A stretch of 33,048 nt of DNA. It comes from a virus (Duplodnaviria > Caudoviricetes). Location of the stretch: positions 1-33,048 of IMG/VR virus record IMGVR_UViG_3300008255_000086; one strand, 5' to 3'. The number at the start of each line of letters is the position of its first letter. The stretch's first letter is position 1. The position numbers and the translations under genes are program-made. Of this stretch, positions 1 through 9,374 are shown piece after piece. The notes under the pieces are model-generated. The model was not told the DNA's origin, made no database searches, and saw nothing but the letters and a program-made list of their open reading frames with translations.

Positions 1-123
1 ATTAAATAACATATGTCACTATCACAAGAACAAAAAGATACCATACGAGAGGAGTTTAGAAATTTACAAGAAATAACTCTTGATTATGGGCAATTAGGTA
101 AAACAAAATCTTACCTATTAAAT
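1..123. repeat. Terminal direct repeat, left copy (circular assembly overlap)
   Basis: 1-123 is identical to 32926-33048; the ORF starting at 32938 continues across the join. Confidence 0.97.
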
Positions 124-543
124 GAACCACAACATAATGCAGTGTGTGACTGGTAGCTCAAAAAACTAGACCAAGCATACCAACAAGGAGCAGAAGATAA
201 GGTGGAGGAGATGAACGAAAACACATCAGACGGTTATCATACCTTCAAAGAGTTGTACGAATATAGAAAGATATACAATGCTCTTATCTTTAACGAGTGG
301 GCAAAATCAGAAAAATATGAAGTACATAAAAGTAAAAAGCACTCTGACGGAGAGTTATGTTTTGGAGGTGGCTGGTTCATTGTTGTTGCAGAACTACAAA
401 CAGGGCAGATAAGTAACCATTACGAATTAAACGACTGGGACTTGTTTAAATGTGAAGAACGAGAGATACCAAACACTTTTGACGGACACTCACCAGAAGA
501 TGTTAAAAATCGCATTTTAGAATCATTAAAAGATAATACATAA
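13..543 (+). pseudogene. Probable single gene interrupted by in-frame TAG at 154-156; C-terminal part is the WDGH-like domain
   Basis: ATG at 13 after an A-rich leader (taacatATG). The frame reads ...AVCDW*LKKLDQAYQQGAEDKVEEMNENTSDGYH... continuously into ORF 202-543. Confidence 0.6.
202..543 (+). CDS. WDGH-domain-like phage protein
   Basis: Motifs SDGYHTFKELY, KSKKHSDG, WFIV, GQISNHY, WDLF and C-terminal FDGH match my recollection of the phage WDGH family. Confidence 0.65.
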   Translation: MEEMNENTSDGYHTFKELYEYRKIYNALIFNEWAKSEKYEVHKSKKHSDGELCFGGGWFIVVAELQTGQISNHYELNDWDLFKCEEREIPNTFDGHSPEDVKNRILESLKDNT

Positions 544-549
544 AGATAT

Positions 550-1098
550 ATGGGAAAATACAAAATAATATATGCAGACCCACCTTGGAGTTATAACGAT
601 AAGATGTCGGGACATAGTTTTTCACTTGACCACGAATATATAACTCAAAGTAAAAATTGGATATCAGAATTACCAGTGGGGGGGGTAGCAGATAAAGATA
701 GTGTTTTATTTATGTGGGCAGTATCTCCATTATTACCAGAAGCACTAGAAGTTATGAAATCGTGGGGGTTTAAGTATATTACAGTTGCTTTTGTTTGGAG
801 TAAGCATACAAGAAATAAAAAGAAGGTAAGTAATCTTGGAAGGTGGACTATGGGGAATGTAGAAATTTGCTTGTTAGGTAGAAAGGGGAAACCTCAAAGA
901 ATCTGTAAAAACATAAAACAACTAGTTGAAGCAGAACGATTTAGACACAGTGCAAAACCATCGGAAGTAAGAGATAGAATTGTTCAACTTATGGGTGATT
1001 TGCCACGAATAGAATTATTTGCGAGAGAAAAAACAGCAGGATGGGATGTTTGGGGAAATGAAGTTAAATGCGATATAAATTTACTAGATAACAAATAA
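550..1098 (+). CDS. MT-A70 family N6-adenine methyltransferase
   Basis: IIYADPPW catalytic motif, LFMW, WGFKY, HSAKP, IELFAR, GWDVWGNE. Confidence 0.92.
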   Translation: MGKYKIIYADPPWSYNDKMSGHSFSLDHEYITQSKNWISELPVGGVADKDSVLFMWAVSPLLPEALEVMKSWGFKYITVAFVWSKHTRNKKKVSNLGRWTMGNVEICLLGRKGKPQRICKNIKQLVEAERFRHSAKPSEVRDRIVQLMGDLPRIELFAREKTAGWDVWGNEVKCDINLLDNK

Positions 1099-1102
1099 AC
1101 CT

Positions 1103-1372
1103 ATGAACACACAAGAGATACAAGAGTGGGAAGCAGATGTTCAAAATGTAGTAAACGAAATAAACTACAACTACAATTGTGACTATGTTGGGAATACAAC
1201 TTTATTTGAAATTATCTCAAAAGTCTTAGACCAACAAAAAGCACAGTTAGAAGAAAGACATAAGGGGGAGATAGAACTATATTTTTCTAAACTTGGTGCA
1301 ACTGATAAAACATACGAAATATATCAAGATATTAAAAAAGATGTTTTAAACATACTAAGTAAATATGAATAA
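1103..1372 (+). CDS. Hypothetical protein
   Basis: ORF track; tightly packed in operon. Confidence 0.7.
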   Translation: MNTQEIQEWEADVQNVVNEINYNYNCDYVGNTTLFEIISKVLDQQKAQLEERHKGEIELYFSKLGATDKTYEIYQDIKKDVLNILSKYE

Positions 1373-1520
1373 AGAACAATCCGCAAAATGTACTTGTCAC
1401 CCTAGAAGTTGGATTTTCCTCTTAGGAGAGATTTTATTCGGTGAAACTGGACATACAGCAGAGTGTGACTTGATAGTTGAAAAATACAAACAACTAATAG
1501 ACCACACTAATACATTATGA
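1365..1520 (+). CDS. Hypothetical protein, 51 aa (CxC...H...C, possible metal binding)
   Basis: Hand-translated MNKEQSAKCTCHPRSWIFLLGEILFGETGHTAECDLIVEKYKQLIDHTNTL; overlaps the upstream stop. Confidence 0.55.
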   Translation: MNKEQSAKCTCHPRSWIFLLGEILFGETGHTAECDLIVEKYKQLIDHTNTL

Positions 1521-1526
1521 TATAAT
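1518..1526 (+). promoter_or_regulatory. Extended -10 promoter TGATATAAT, near-leaderless
   Basis: TGnTATAAT ends 8 nt before ATG 1535, at the head of the packaging operon. Confidence 0.65.
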
Positions 1527-1534
1527 AAGAATAT

Positions 1535-1690
1535 ATGGATATAACACAACTAACACACAACGAGATAATGGAACTGTATTCAAAGATACAATCATACCTC
1601 GCAACTAAACGATGGGAAGGTAAAACATCAAAACAGAAATCACAACAAGCATTAAAAGCATGGGAAACTAGGAGAGCTAATAAGAAATAA
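1535..1690 (+). CDS. Small basic protein, 51 aa
   Basis: Hand-translated MDITQLTHNEIMELYSKIQSYLATKRWEGKTSKQKSQQALKAWETRRANKK; fills the gap between the promoter and terS. Confidence 0.65.
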   Translation: MDITQLTHNEIMELYSKIQSYLATKRWEGKTSKQKSQQALKAWETRRANKK

Positions 1691-1692
1691 TC

Positions 1693-2082
1693 ATGCAAGG
1701 TAAAGCATTTACACAAGAGCAAAGAGATGTCATTATCCAAAGTCTACAACCATACTTAGAGATGGGGCTTTCTCGTAACAGGGCTTGTGATTTAATAGGT
1801 TTACCAGCACAGACATTATCTAACTGGGTAAAAGAGGATGAAGCACTTGGGATAAAACTGCAAGGATGGGAAAATGCAATGAATGTATTAGCAACTGCTA
1901 ATATTAAAAGTGCGTTAGAAAAGGAAGCTGAAACAGAGGACACTAGAAAAGAAACAAGTAAGTGGTGGGCTGAAAGAAGAATGAAGGAAGACTTCTCGCT
2001 AAGACAAGAAATGACAGGGGCAGATGGTAAGGAACTAAAAATAACATTTGATTCAGCATTCAAAGATGAATCTACATCCTAA
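1693..2082 (+). CDS. terS: Terminase small subunit (putative)
   Basis: N-terminal HTH (GLSRNRACDLIGLPAQTLSNW), C-terminal EMTGADGKELKI typical of TerS; directly upstream of terL. Confidence 0.8.
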   Translation: MQGKAFTQEQRDVIIQSLQPYLEMGLSRNRACDLIGLPAQTLSNWVKEDEALGIKLQGWENAMNVLATANIKSALEKEAETEDTRKETSKWWAERRMKEDFSLRQEMTGADGKELKITFDSAFKDESTS

Positions 2083-3496
2083 ACAAAAAGAAATAGTATC
2101 AAGTCCAGCAAGATTTAAAGTAATCAGAGCAGGTAGAAAAGGAGGAAAGACAGCAATGGAAGTTGAGGTTATTTGTTATAAGGCAATGGCAAGTGTAAAA
2201 GATTTAAAACTTACTAAGGAAGAGTTTAAATCAGGAAGGAAAGTAATATACATCGCACCTACTCAAACACAATCTAGAACTATTGTATGGTCAGCACTAC
2301 GAACAAGACTTGCAGGAATAGGTAAGTTCAATGAGTCTATGCTACAGGTAAAAGTACCTAATGCAGACGGACAAGAAACAACTATTATGGTTGGAGGATG
2401 GGAAAACAGAGAGAACTATCGAGGACTTACTGATGTTGTGCATATTACAGTCGATGAAACAGACACACTAAGAAACTTCTTTGAGGATTGGCAGGAGATT
2501 TTTAGACCTATGTTCCTCGATACGGGAGGTACGGCAGACTTTATTGGTACACCTAAAAAGGAGAACCCAAACCTTAGAAGACTAGAGAAGTTGGCAGAAA
2601 CACGAGATAACTATGCAGTGTTTCATTTTACATCAAAAGACAATCCACACATTTCACAATCAGAGTTAGCAGAGTTAGAGAAGGACTATGAAAACAATAG
2701 AGATGCGTATAAACAAGAAATCCTAGCAGAATACATTGATAACGAGGGGGCTTTATTTAAATACGATGCACTTGTTGATACTTTCACAAACACCGTAACA
2801 AAGAATGGAAACAAATATCTATTAGTCGATGTTGCAGATGATGGAAGCGATAAAACTATTTTTTCTTTCTGGGATGACTTAGAAGAATACAGACGAGAAG
2901 AATATCTGAACATAAACACTGAGGCAATCATTATGAAGATTAAAGACTTTGCTTCACTAGATAGAATCCCCTACTCACATATAGCAGTCGACGCTATTGG
3001 CGTGGGTGCAGGAGTGGTATCAAACTCCCAAATGTCTGGTGTGGTGGGCTACAAGGGCTCATATGGGGCTATTAAGACAGACCAAGACATTGTACGACTG
3101 CCTAATGTTGGTTATCTACCAAAAGCACCCATTTTAACTACCGACTACAAGAACTTACGCTCTCAATGTATGTTCACCCTTGCCGATATGATAAACAATC
3201 ACAATATCGCTTCACGAGTAGAGGGTAAGTTTAAAGAAATGATTATTGAAGAACTCTCTGTGTATCAAGATGCTTCAACTGGGGATGGTAAACGAATGGC
3301 TACAAAGAAAGAAGATGTTAAGGCGTTGATAGGAAGGAGTCCAGACCATTCAGATACTTGGCAAATGCGTATGTACTTTGTCTTAAAAGAAAAGATGCTA
3401 CCAAATAACACAGAGGAGATGAATAAGATAGTTGAACAGCAGCTACAACAGTTTTCTAAGAACCAGTTTAACCAATCATCTAACAGCGGTAGATAG
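2066..3496 (+). CDS. terL: Terminase large subunit
   Basis: LHPKQ, Walker A AGRKGGKT, YIAPT, Walker B ITVDE, GTP motif, nuclease DVADDGSD, C-terminal GRSPDHSD. Start moved to ATG 2066. Confidence 0.95.
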   Translation: MNLHPKQKEIVSSPARFKVIRAGRKGGKTAMEVEVICYKAMASVKDLKLTKEEFKSGRKVIYIAPTQTQSRTIVWSALRTRLAGIGKFNESMLQVKVPNADGQETTIMVGGWENRENYRGLTDVVHITVDETDTLRNFFEDWQEIFRPMFLDTGGTADFIGTPKKENPNLRRLEKLAETRDNYAVFHFTSKDNPHISQSELAELEKDYENNRDAYKQEILAEYIDNEGALFKYDALVDTFTNTVTKNGNKYLLVDVADDGSDKTIFSFWDDLEEYRREEYLNINTEAIIMKIKDFASLDRIPYSHIAVDAIGVGAGVVSNSQMSGVVGYKGSYGAIKTDQDIVRLPNVGYLPKAPILTTDYKNLRSQCMFTLADMINNHNIASRVEGKFKEMIIEELSVYQDASTGDGKRMATKKEDVKALIGRSPDHSDTWQMRMYFVLKEKMLPNNTEEMNKIVEQQLQQFSKNQFNQSSNSGR

Positions 3497-3497
3497 T

Positions 3498-3509
3498 ATA
3501 TGGTATAAT
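3498..3509 (+). promoter_or_regulatory. Late-type promoter ATATGGTATAAT
   Basis: Extended -10; identical 12-mer at 6566, 12495 and 18775. Confidence 0.75.
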
Positions 3510-3543
3510 AAAGTTAACAAGATTATTATTTAAATTTTTTTAT

Positions 3544-4197
3544 ATGTCAGAATTTAGAGGAGCATTATATGCAAACGGAACAGCATCAGCACAAATCAAG
3601 GCAACAGAAGGTCGTGTGTTTGGGGTTGTTGTAAACTCACACTCATCAGGAACTATTCGTTTCAATGATGGAACAGGTGGAACTACATCAGCGGGAGTTA
3701 AAGCAACTGGAGTACTAACATCATCAGATGTCTTTACAGATGGAGAAACAGTAACTATTGAAGATACAGTGTATACAATGGTGGACACCCTGTCAGGAGC
3801 GGCATACGAAGTTCTGATTGGAGCAAGTGCAGCGGCATCACTAGATAACCTTAAATCAGCAATTAACGCATCAGCGGGAGCAGGAACAACTTATGGAACA
3901 GGAACAGTGGCACACCCAAATGTAACAGCAACAACTAATACAGATACAGCTCAAACAGTTGAAGCATATCGAGTTGGAACATACGGAAATGCAATTACTA
4001 CTACAACAGATGCAGTAGATGTTGCATGGGGAGCAGAAACTCTGGAATCTGGAGCAGAAGCAAATTACCTTGTAACAAATACTTATACTTTCTCAGCAGG
4101 TTCACAAGTATTATACTTTGCAGAACCCATCTCATTTAGACAAGGTATTTATCTGACAGTAGGCGGAACAATTGATTACACAGTGTTGTACAATTAA
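3544..4197 (+). CDS. Putative virion structural protein (Thr/Ala/Gly-rich, beta-rich)
   Basis: Composition and position between terL and portal. Confidence 0.6.
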   Translation: MSEFRGALYANGTASAQIKATEGRVFGVVVNSHSSGTIRFNDGTGGTTSAGVKATGVLTSSDVFTDGETVTIEDTVYTMVDTLSGAAYEVLIGASAAASLDNLKSAINASAGAGTTYGTGTVAHPNVTATTNTDTAQTVEAYRVGTYGNAITTTTDAVDVAWGAETLESGAEANYLVTNTYTFSAGSQVLYFAEPISFRQGIYLTVGGTIDYTVLYN

Positions 4198-4228
4198 CAA
4201 ATAATCCAAAAATCAGTGGAATGATTAA

Positions 4229-6016
4229 ATGGATAAAGAACTCTCAAACCTCATAAAAACACAGGAGAAAGACTATATAAATGGAACTACAACAATATCC
4301 AAGTATGTTGATTATTCAATGTATGAAGATATCCAAAAGATTGAAGCATACTCTAATTCAAAGTTCACATCAGGAGACACAGACGCTCTTGGTAGAGAAA
4401 AACCTTTCTTTAACATCGTAACAAGTGCAACCAATATCTGGTATCGAGCAACTGATATCGACAGAAAGAACATCAAGTTAAGAGCAACAAAAGCAAAGCA
4501 CTGGATTGCATCTTTCTTGGCTAATATAGTCCTTCAAAATTGGATGCGAAAAGATAACTTCGGTGTATTCCTTAACGATTGGGGATATTCACTTTCTAAG
4601 TACGGTTCATCAGTAACCAAGTGGGTAGAAAAAGACGGAAAACTCCATAGAGCAGTTGTTGATTGGAATAAACTTATTGTTGACCCAGTAGACTTTTACC
4701 AAAACCCTGTTATTGAGATACTAGAACTCACACCCGCTCAAATCAAAAAGAATCCTTCGTATGACAAAGACCAAGTGAAAGCACTTATTGATACTGTTGC
4801 TACACGAGAAAACCTAGACGGTCAACCCAAGGATAATAAGACTGGATATATTAAACTCTATGAGATTCATGGAGAACTTCCACTTTCATACATTACAGGC
4901 AAACCAGAAGACGAAGATACATACGAACAACAAATGCATGTTGTATCTCTCCAAGAAACAAAAGACGGAGAAAAAGAAACCTTCTCACTCTATTCAGGTC
5001 GAGAGGCTAACAATCCATACTTTATTACTCATCTTATCAAGGAGGAGGGCAAAACACTCGCTATGGGGGCTGTTAAGTACCTATTCGAGGCACAATGGAT
5101 GACCAACCACACAGCAAAGAATATTAAAGACCAACTAGACCTTGCTTCAAAGCTAATTTTCCAAACATCAGACGGGAACTTTGTTGGACAAAACGCACTT
5201 AATGCTATTGAAACAGGACAAATCCTAATTCACCAAATGAATCAACCTCTTTCAACTGTTCCTAACGGTTCACACGATATCTCACAACTCCAAGCCTTCC
5301 AACAACAATGGAAACAAAACGGTAATGAAATGACGGGTATTTCAGAGGCTATGCAAGGTGCTACACCTAAATCAGGTACAGCATGGAGACAAACAGAAGC
5401 AATTCTTCAAGAGTCACACTCACTCTTTGACCTTATGACACAAAACAAAGGACTTGCTATTGAAGAAATGATGAGAGAGTATGTTATTCCTTTCATCAAG
5501 AAACAACTCAACAATTCAGAAGAAATTACAGCAATACTAGAAGCTCACGATGTAGAGAAAATTGATAAACTATATATTAAATCAGAAGTTACTAAGTTTG
5601 CTAAGGAAGAAATTAAACAACAACTACTTAATGGAGAAATCCCACTACCAGTAGACACACAAGGTATCGAACAAGACATACAAGCACAACTATCAGAACT
5701 AGGAAATCAAAGATTCTTTAAACCATCTGAAATAGAAGACAAGACATGGAAAGAAATATTTAAAGACTTTGAATGGGAAGTAGAAGTAGATGTTACAGGA
5801 GAATCAAGTGCAGCAAGCGAAAACCTCCAAACACTTGTAACTCTATATTCAAACCTTATCCAATCAGGAAACATGGATAATGCTAACAAGGTTATGAAGA
5901 AAATACTAGAAATCACACAAGCCTTCTCACCAGTAGAACTTATGGAAATGAAAGCACCTGCTCCACAGGTAGCACCAACTCAACCATTACCAGAAATGCC
6001 CGTTGAAACAACATAG
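4229..6016 (+). CDS. Portal protein (P22/podovirus-like head-tail connector)
   Basis: 595 aa mostly helical protein after terL; TGISEAMQG...TA motif typical of podoviral portals. Confidence 0.8.
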   Translation: MDKELSNLIKTQEKDYINGTTTISKYVDYSMYEDIQKIEAYSNSKFTSGDTDALGREKPFFNIVTSATNIWYRATDIDRKNIKLRATKAKHWIASFLANIVLQNWMRKDNFGVFLNDWGYSLSKYGSSVTKWVEKDGKLHRAVVDWNKLIVDPVDFYQNPVIEILELTPAQIKKNPSYDKDQVKALIDTVATRENLDGQPKDNKTGYIKLYEIHGELPLSYITGKPEDEDTYEQQMHVVSLQETKDGEKETFSLYSGREANNPYFITHLIKEEGKTLAMGAVKYLFEAQWMTNHTAKNIKDQLDLASKLIFQTSDGNFVGQNALNAIETGQILIHQMNQPLSTVPNGSHDISQLQAFQQQWKQNGNEMTGISEAMQGATPKSGTAWRQTEAILQESHSLFDLMTQNKGLAIEEMMREYVIPFIKKQLNNSEEITAILEAHDVEKIDKLYIKSEVTKFAKEEIKQQLLNGEIPLPVDTQGIEQDIQAQLSELGNQRFFKPSEIEDKTWKEIFKDFEWEVEVDVTGESSAASENLQTLVTLYSNLIQSGNMDNANKVMKKILEITQAFSPVELMEMKAPAPQVAPTQPLPEMPVETT

Positions 6017-6046
6017 TGGGCAGTTATCAACTAAAAAATCAGAGAT

Positions 6047-6562
6047 ATGAATAAAAACAAGATGAGGTTCTCAGAAGCAGAAATCTCTTTGATACAAGCA
6101 ACTTTCAAAGATGACGATGCACTGATTGAACTACGAAAGCACTTCTTACAAGTTAAAGACTCAAAGAAGTTTACTACAAAGGCGGTTAAGGCTCTTATTG
6201 CTAAGACCTTTTTGCCACAAATCGACCCAGAAGCACCACTTAATCAAATAGTGGACTTCAACCTAATTACAGCAGTACGAGATAAAGAGATTGACTCTGC
6301 GTACCAAGCAGTATTAGTACAAAAGATTGTTATTGATTACTTCCAAGACAGATTAGATGCACTTGAAGGAAAATCAACAAACAAGATTCTATTTAAAGAC
6401 TTGGACACAATCACAGAAGACAAAGAAAAAACAGTTATGAACTTTATCGCTCGACAATCAATTGTTTCACTTATTGAGTCAGGACTATCTCAGTTAAATG
6501 TCCTTGCTAATCAATCAATGGAAGATTTGCTAAAAGCTTTGGAGAAGAACAGTTCAAAATAA
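6047..6562 (+). CDS. Hypothetical protein in head module
   Basis: ORF track; between portal and scaffold. Confidence 0.75.
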   Translation: MNKNKMRFSEAEISLIQATFKDDDALIELRKHFLQVKDSKKFTTKAVKALIAKTFLPQIDPEAPLNQIVDFNLITAVRDKEIDSAYQAVLVQKIVIDYFQDRLDALEGKSTNKILFKDLDTITEDKEKTVMNFIARQSIVSLIESGLSQLNVLANQSMEDLLKALEKNSSK

Positions 6563-6565
6563 CCA

Positions 6566-6581
6566 ATATGGTATAATTAAA
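6566..6581 (+). promoter_or_regulatory. Late-type promoter ATATGGTATAATTAAA
   Basis: 16-mer identical at 12495 and 18775; upstream of scaffold and capsid genes. Confidence 0.75.
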
Positions 6582-6634
6582 TTATAAACATAGTCCACTA
6601 AAGGACTTTAAAAAACGAATAATTAGACAAAACT

Positions 6635-7186
6635 ATGACAAATGAAGAACAAGAGGTTATCGACTCACAAAACGATACTGAGGAAACAGTAACTGACAAT
6701 GAAGAGGAACTAGAAATAGACCTTGACGAAGAAGTGGAAGAAGATGTTGACGCTCTTAAAAAAGAACTCGCAACATTGAAAGCTCAAAAGGCACATTGGA
6801 AGAAGAAAGCGAATACTCCAAAAGAGGATTCACCAAAATCAGAGAAAAACGAGTCTAAAAACTCAGACATCTCGACTACCGATATGTACTCTTTAATTAA
6901 GGCTGATGTAGCACCAGAAGATATTGCAATCGTTCAAAAGTTTGCACGAACAGAGGGTGTATCAATACAAGAAGCATTAAAAGACAGTGTACTTAAAAGT
7001 ATTCTTGATAAACAAGTTGAAACAAGGAAGACTTCACAGGCTACCAGTACTAGTGCGACACGAAAAAGTGTTGGACAGGTATCGGAAGAAACTCTTTATG
7101 AAACTGCTCGAACAGGTAAAATGCCTGAATCTGATGCAGACTTCAAAAGACTTGCAGAAGCTCGACTCAATCGTTTCAACAAATAA
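6635..7186 (+). CDS. Capsid scaffolding protein (putative)
   Basis: Very acidic N-terminus plus coiled coil, immediately upstream of the capsid gene. Confidence 0.7.
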   Translation: MTNEEQEVIDSQNDTEETVTDNEEELEIDLDEEVEEDVDALKKELATLKAQKAHWKKKANTPKEDSPKSEKNESKNSDISTTDMYSLIKADVAPEDIAIVQKFARTEGVSIQEALKDSVLKSILDKQVETRKTSQATSTSATRKSVGQVSEETLYETARTGKMPESDADFKRLAEARLNRFNK

Positions 7187-7224
7187 AAACCAGTGGGTTA
7201 ATAAAATTATAACCCAAAAATAAA

Positions 7225-8079
7225 ATGGCAAATACCATCGCATCACGAGTTTATCGTGACAAATATCGAAGGGCAACACTAGATACATTACTAAGACGAG
7301 CTCTTATTGCAGAAAAAGTTTGTGCAGTAGATAGTTCAGATGTAAAACGAATTCAATCACCTTACAGTTCAACTCCAACAGCAGTAGTTCAAGCAATCGC
7401 AGGTACATATACACCAGCAGAGTACACTACAACTGATGACACATTGACTGTAACAGATGAATTCATCGTTTCAGAACACATCTATGACTTTGAAGAAGTA
7501 CTAACACAATTCGACATTTTCGCAGCACGAACAGAACAACAAATGTTTGAAGTGGCTAACAAAATCGACAAATTCGTTCTTAACAACCTTTGTGAAGATG
7601 CAACAGGTGCTTACACTACTCCAGCAGGAGGGTTCTCAGCAGCAAACATCAACACAATCATGTCTAATCTTGCAGCTAAAGTAGCAGGATTTGCAGACGC
7701 TTACAACGGACTTTTCCTTGTAATCGAAAACACAGAAGTAGCAGGATTTGTTCAAGCACAAGCAACAAACGGATTCTCATTCTCAGATATGGCTCTTAAA
7801 AACGGATTCATGAACTCATACATGGGTATCGACATCCATGTAACACGAGCAGGAACTTTCGCAGATGAAACTCTTGGAACAACAACTTACACAAACGCTG
7901 GACACCGAGTATTCGGAGTTAAGAATGTGACAACATACGCTTCACCACGAGGAGTACGATTCGAAGAAAAATCAGTTTCAGGTAAAACTGGACTTGAAGT
8001 AGTTACTTGGGGATACATTGGATTCAAACTATGGGCTCCAAAAACAGACCTCATTGTTGACATCACAGTATCAGCATAG
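7225..8079 (+). CDS. Major capsid protein (HK97 fold, P22 coat-like)
   Basis: 284 aa; VANKID helix, GFMNSYMGIDIHVT and YIGFKLW motifs; strongly biased codon usage; follows scaffold. Confidence 0.85.
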   Translation: MANTIASRVYRDKYRRATLDTLLRRALIAEKVCAVDSSDVKRIQSPYSSTPTAVVQAIAGTYTPAEYTTTDDTLTVTDEFIVSEHIYDFEEVLTQFDIFAARTEQQMFEVANKIDKFVLNNLCEDATGAYTTPAGGFSAANINTIMSNLAAKVAGFADAYNGLFLVIENTEVAGFVQAQATNGFSFSDMALKNGFMNSYMGIDIHVTRAGTFADETLGTTTYTNAGHRVFGVKNVTTYASPRGVRFEEKSVSGKTGLEVVTWGYIGFKLWAPKTDLIVDITVSA

Positions 8080-8156
8080 TTATACACCCCTTTTGTGGGG
8101 GTAGTGGTCACAGTTTACCCACTGATTCTGTGACTACTACTCCCCCCGAAGGACTA
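8077..8156 (+). ncRNA. Structured 3' element after capsid gene with anti-leader loop
   Basis: Stem 8101-8113/8128-8140 (13 bp, one G-U) extended by GGGG/UCCC and CCUUU/GAAGG; closed by UAGU (stop codon)/ACUA; 14-nt loop UUUACCCACUGAUU. Confidence 0.75.
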
Positions 8157-8169
8157 ATATAAAATAATT

Positions 8170-8322
8170 ATGGCAACAAAGAAAGCAACAAAGAAAGTAG
8201 AAGAAAAAGTGGAAAAAGTAGTAAATTCAAAACTAGCAGAACTCATTGAAAAATATAAAGTTCAAAACCCTGCAAAGTATGAATTGAAGAAAGCAGAATT
8301 AGAAGCTAAACTCAATAAATAA
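8170..8322 (+). CDS. Small Lys/Glu-rich protein, 50 aa
   Basis: Hand-translated MATKKATKKVEEKVEKVVNSKLAELIEKYKVQNPAKYELKKAELEAKLNK. Confidence 0.75.
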   Translation: MATKKATKKVEEKVEKVVNSKLAELIEKYKVQNPAKYELKKAELEAKLNK

Positions 8323-8324
8323 TT

Positions 8325-8582
8325 ATGGCAGTACCTAATGGATTAGACCCACAATTTGGTGGAGTAGCAGGTTCGGGAACTGACATTGCTACAACAGCAG
8401 GAGGAGCAAAAGTACAAAATATCGGACTTGGTGGAATTGGTCTGTATATTGGTTCAGGAGCACCAACTGTTTCAGCAATTAAAGGTTCTCTATATATCCG
8501 AACAGATGGTTCATCATCATCAACTCGACTATATGTGAACAACGGAACAACAACTTGGGTTGCTGTAACAACAGCATCTTAG
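8325..8582 (+). CDS. Small virion protein (decoration/fibre-like)
   Basis: GSGAPTVSAIKGSLYIRTDG...RLYVN...W motif common in phage structural/fibre proteins. Confidence 0.65.
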   Translation: MAVPNGLDPQFGGVAGSGTDIATTAGGAKVQNIGLGGIGLYIGSGAPTVSAIKGSLYIRTDGSSSSTRLYVNNGTTTWVAVTTAS

Positions 8583-8625
8583 TTTCCACTCAGCCTCTCT
8601 ATATGGGAGGTTGGACTGGTAACTA
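8580..8625 (+). other. Intergenic hairpin starting on the TAG stop codon
   Basis: UAGUU/AACUA, CCA/UGG and 10-bp inner stem 8590-8599/8605-8614; no U-tract follows. Confidence 0.65.
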
Positions 8626-8635
8626 AAATATCAAT

Positions 8636-9373
8636 ATGAGCATACAGTTTTCAAACACAACTACAAAGGCAGGAATTTTACAAAGAATCGAAGATGCTTG
8701 TGGATTTAACGATGGAGATATTACAGGTAACTCAGTACGACTTGCTAAATTCACAGCAAAAGTAAACTCAGCAGTAGATGAAGTGACCTCTATTGCCCTC
8801 AAATCGGCTGCTAGTTGGCAGTATGATGACTCTAACCATACAGACTACCCAATCATGACTACAGACCTCGTATCAGGGCAACAAGACTATTCGTTTATAT
8901 CAGATGGTTCAGGAAACTTGGTGTTAGATATTTACAAGGTGATGATTAAACTCCCAGACGGAACTTGGGTAGAAATTGACCCAGTAGATAGAAACTTACA
9001 AGAAGAAACTATGGACTCTTTTGATAACACAGTTTCAGGAACTCCAACACGATACGACAAACTCGGTAACGGAATCTTTTTAGATAATGTCCCAGATTAT
9101 AACTCAGAAGAAGGACTTAAAGTCTACATCAATCGGGAAAGTACATACTTCCTAACAACAGATACTACAAAGAAAGCGGGATTTGTAGGATTGTTTCATG
9201 ATTACCTCTATTTAAAACCTTCTTACGAGTATGCACGAGATAAAGACCTCTCAAATGTTGCTCGTTTGGAGAAAGATGTTGTGTTGATGCAAGAAGCAAT
9301 CAGACAGCATTATGCAACACGAGAGAGAGATATTAAAAGGAAAATGACACCATTAACAACAAATACAAGATAA
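8636..9373 (+). CDS. Head-tail adaptor / tail tubular protein A-like
   Basis: TDLVSGQQDYS, SGTPTRY and FHDYL motifs resemble podoviral adaptor proteins; position after capsid. Confidence 0.65.
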   Translation: MSIQFSNTTTKAGILQRIEDACGFNDGDITGNSVRLAKFTAKVNSAVDEVTSIALKSAASWQYDDSNHTDYPIMTTDLVSGQQDYSFISDGSGNLVLDIYKVMIKLPDGTWVEIDPVDRNLQEETMDSFDNTVSGTPTRYDKLGNGIFLDNVPDYNSEEGLKVYINRESTYFLTTDTTKKAGFVGLFHDYLYLKPSYEYARDKDLSNVARLEKDVVLMQEAIRQHYATRERDIKRKMTPLTTNTR

Positions 9374-9374
9374 C

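Noticed and set aside
1-123. Biological direct terminal repeat
   Set aside because: It begins at a gene end and stops mid-gene, with a length typical of assembler overlap; physical ends cannot be inferred.
4193-4203. ATTAACAAATA match to the ssb-element loop in the portal leader
   Set aside because: It lacks the GG core and is almost all A/T, so it is plausibly chance; not counted as a target.
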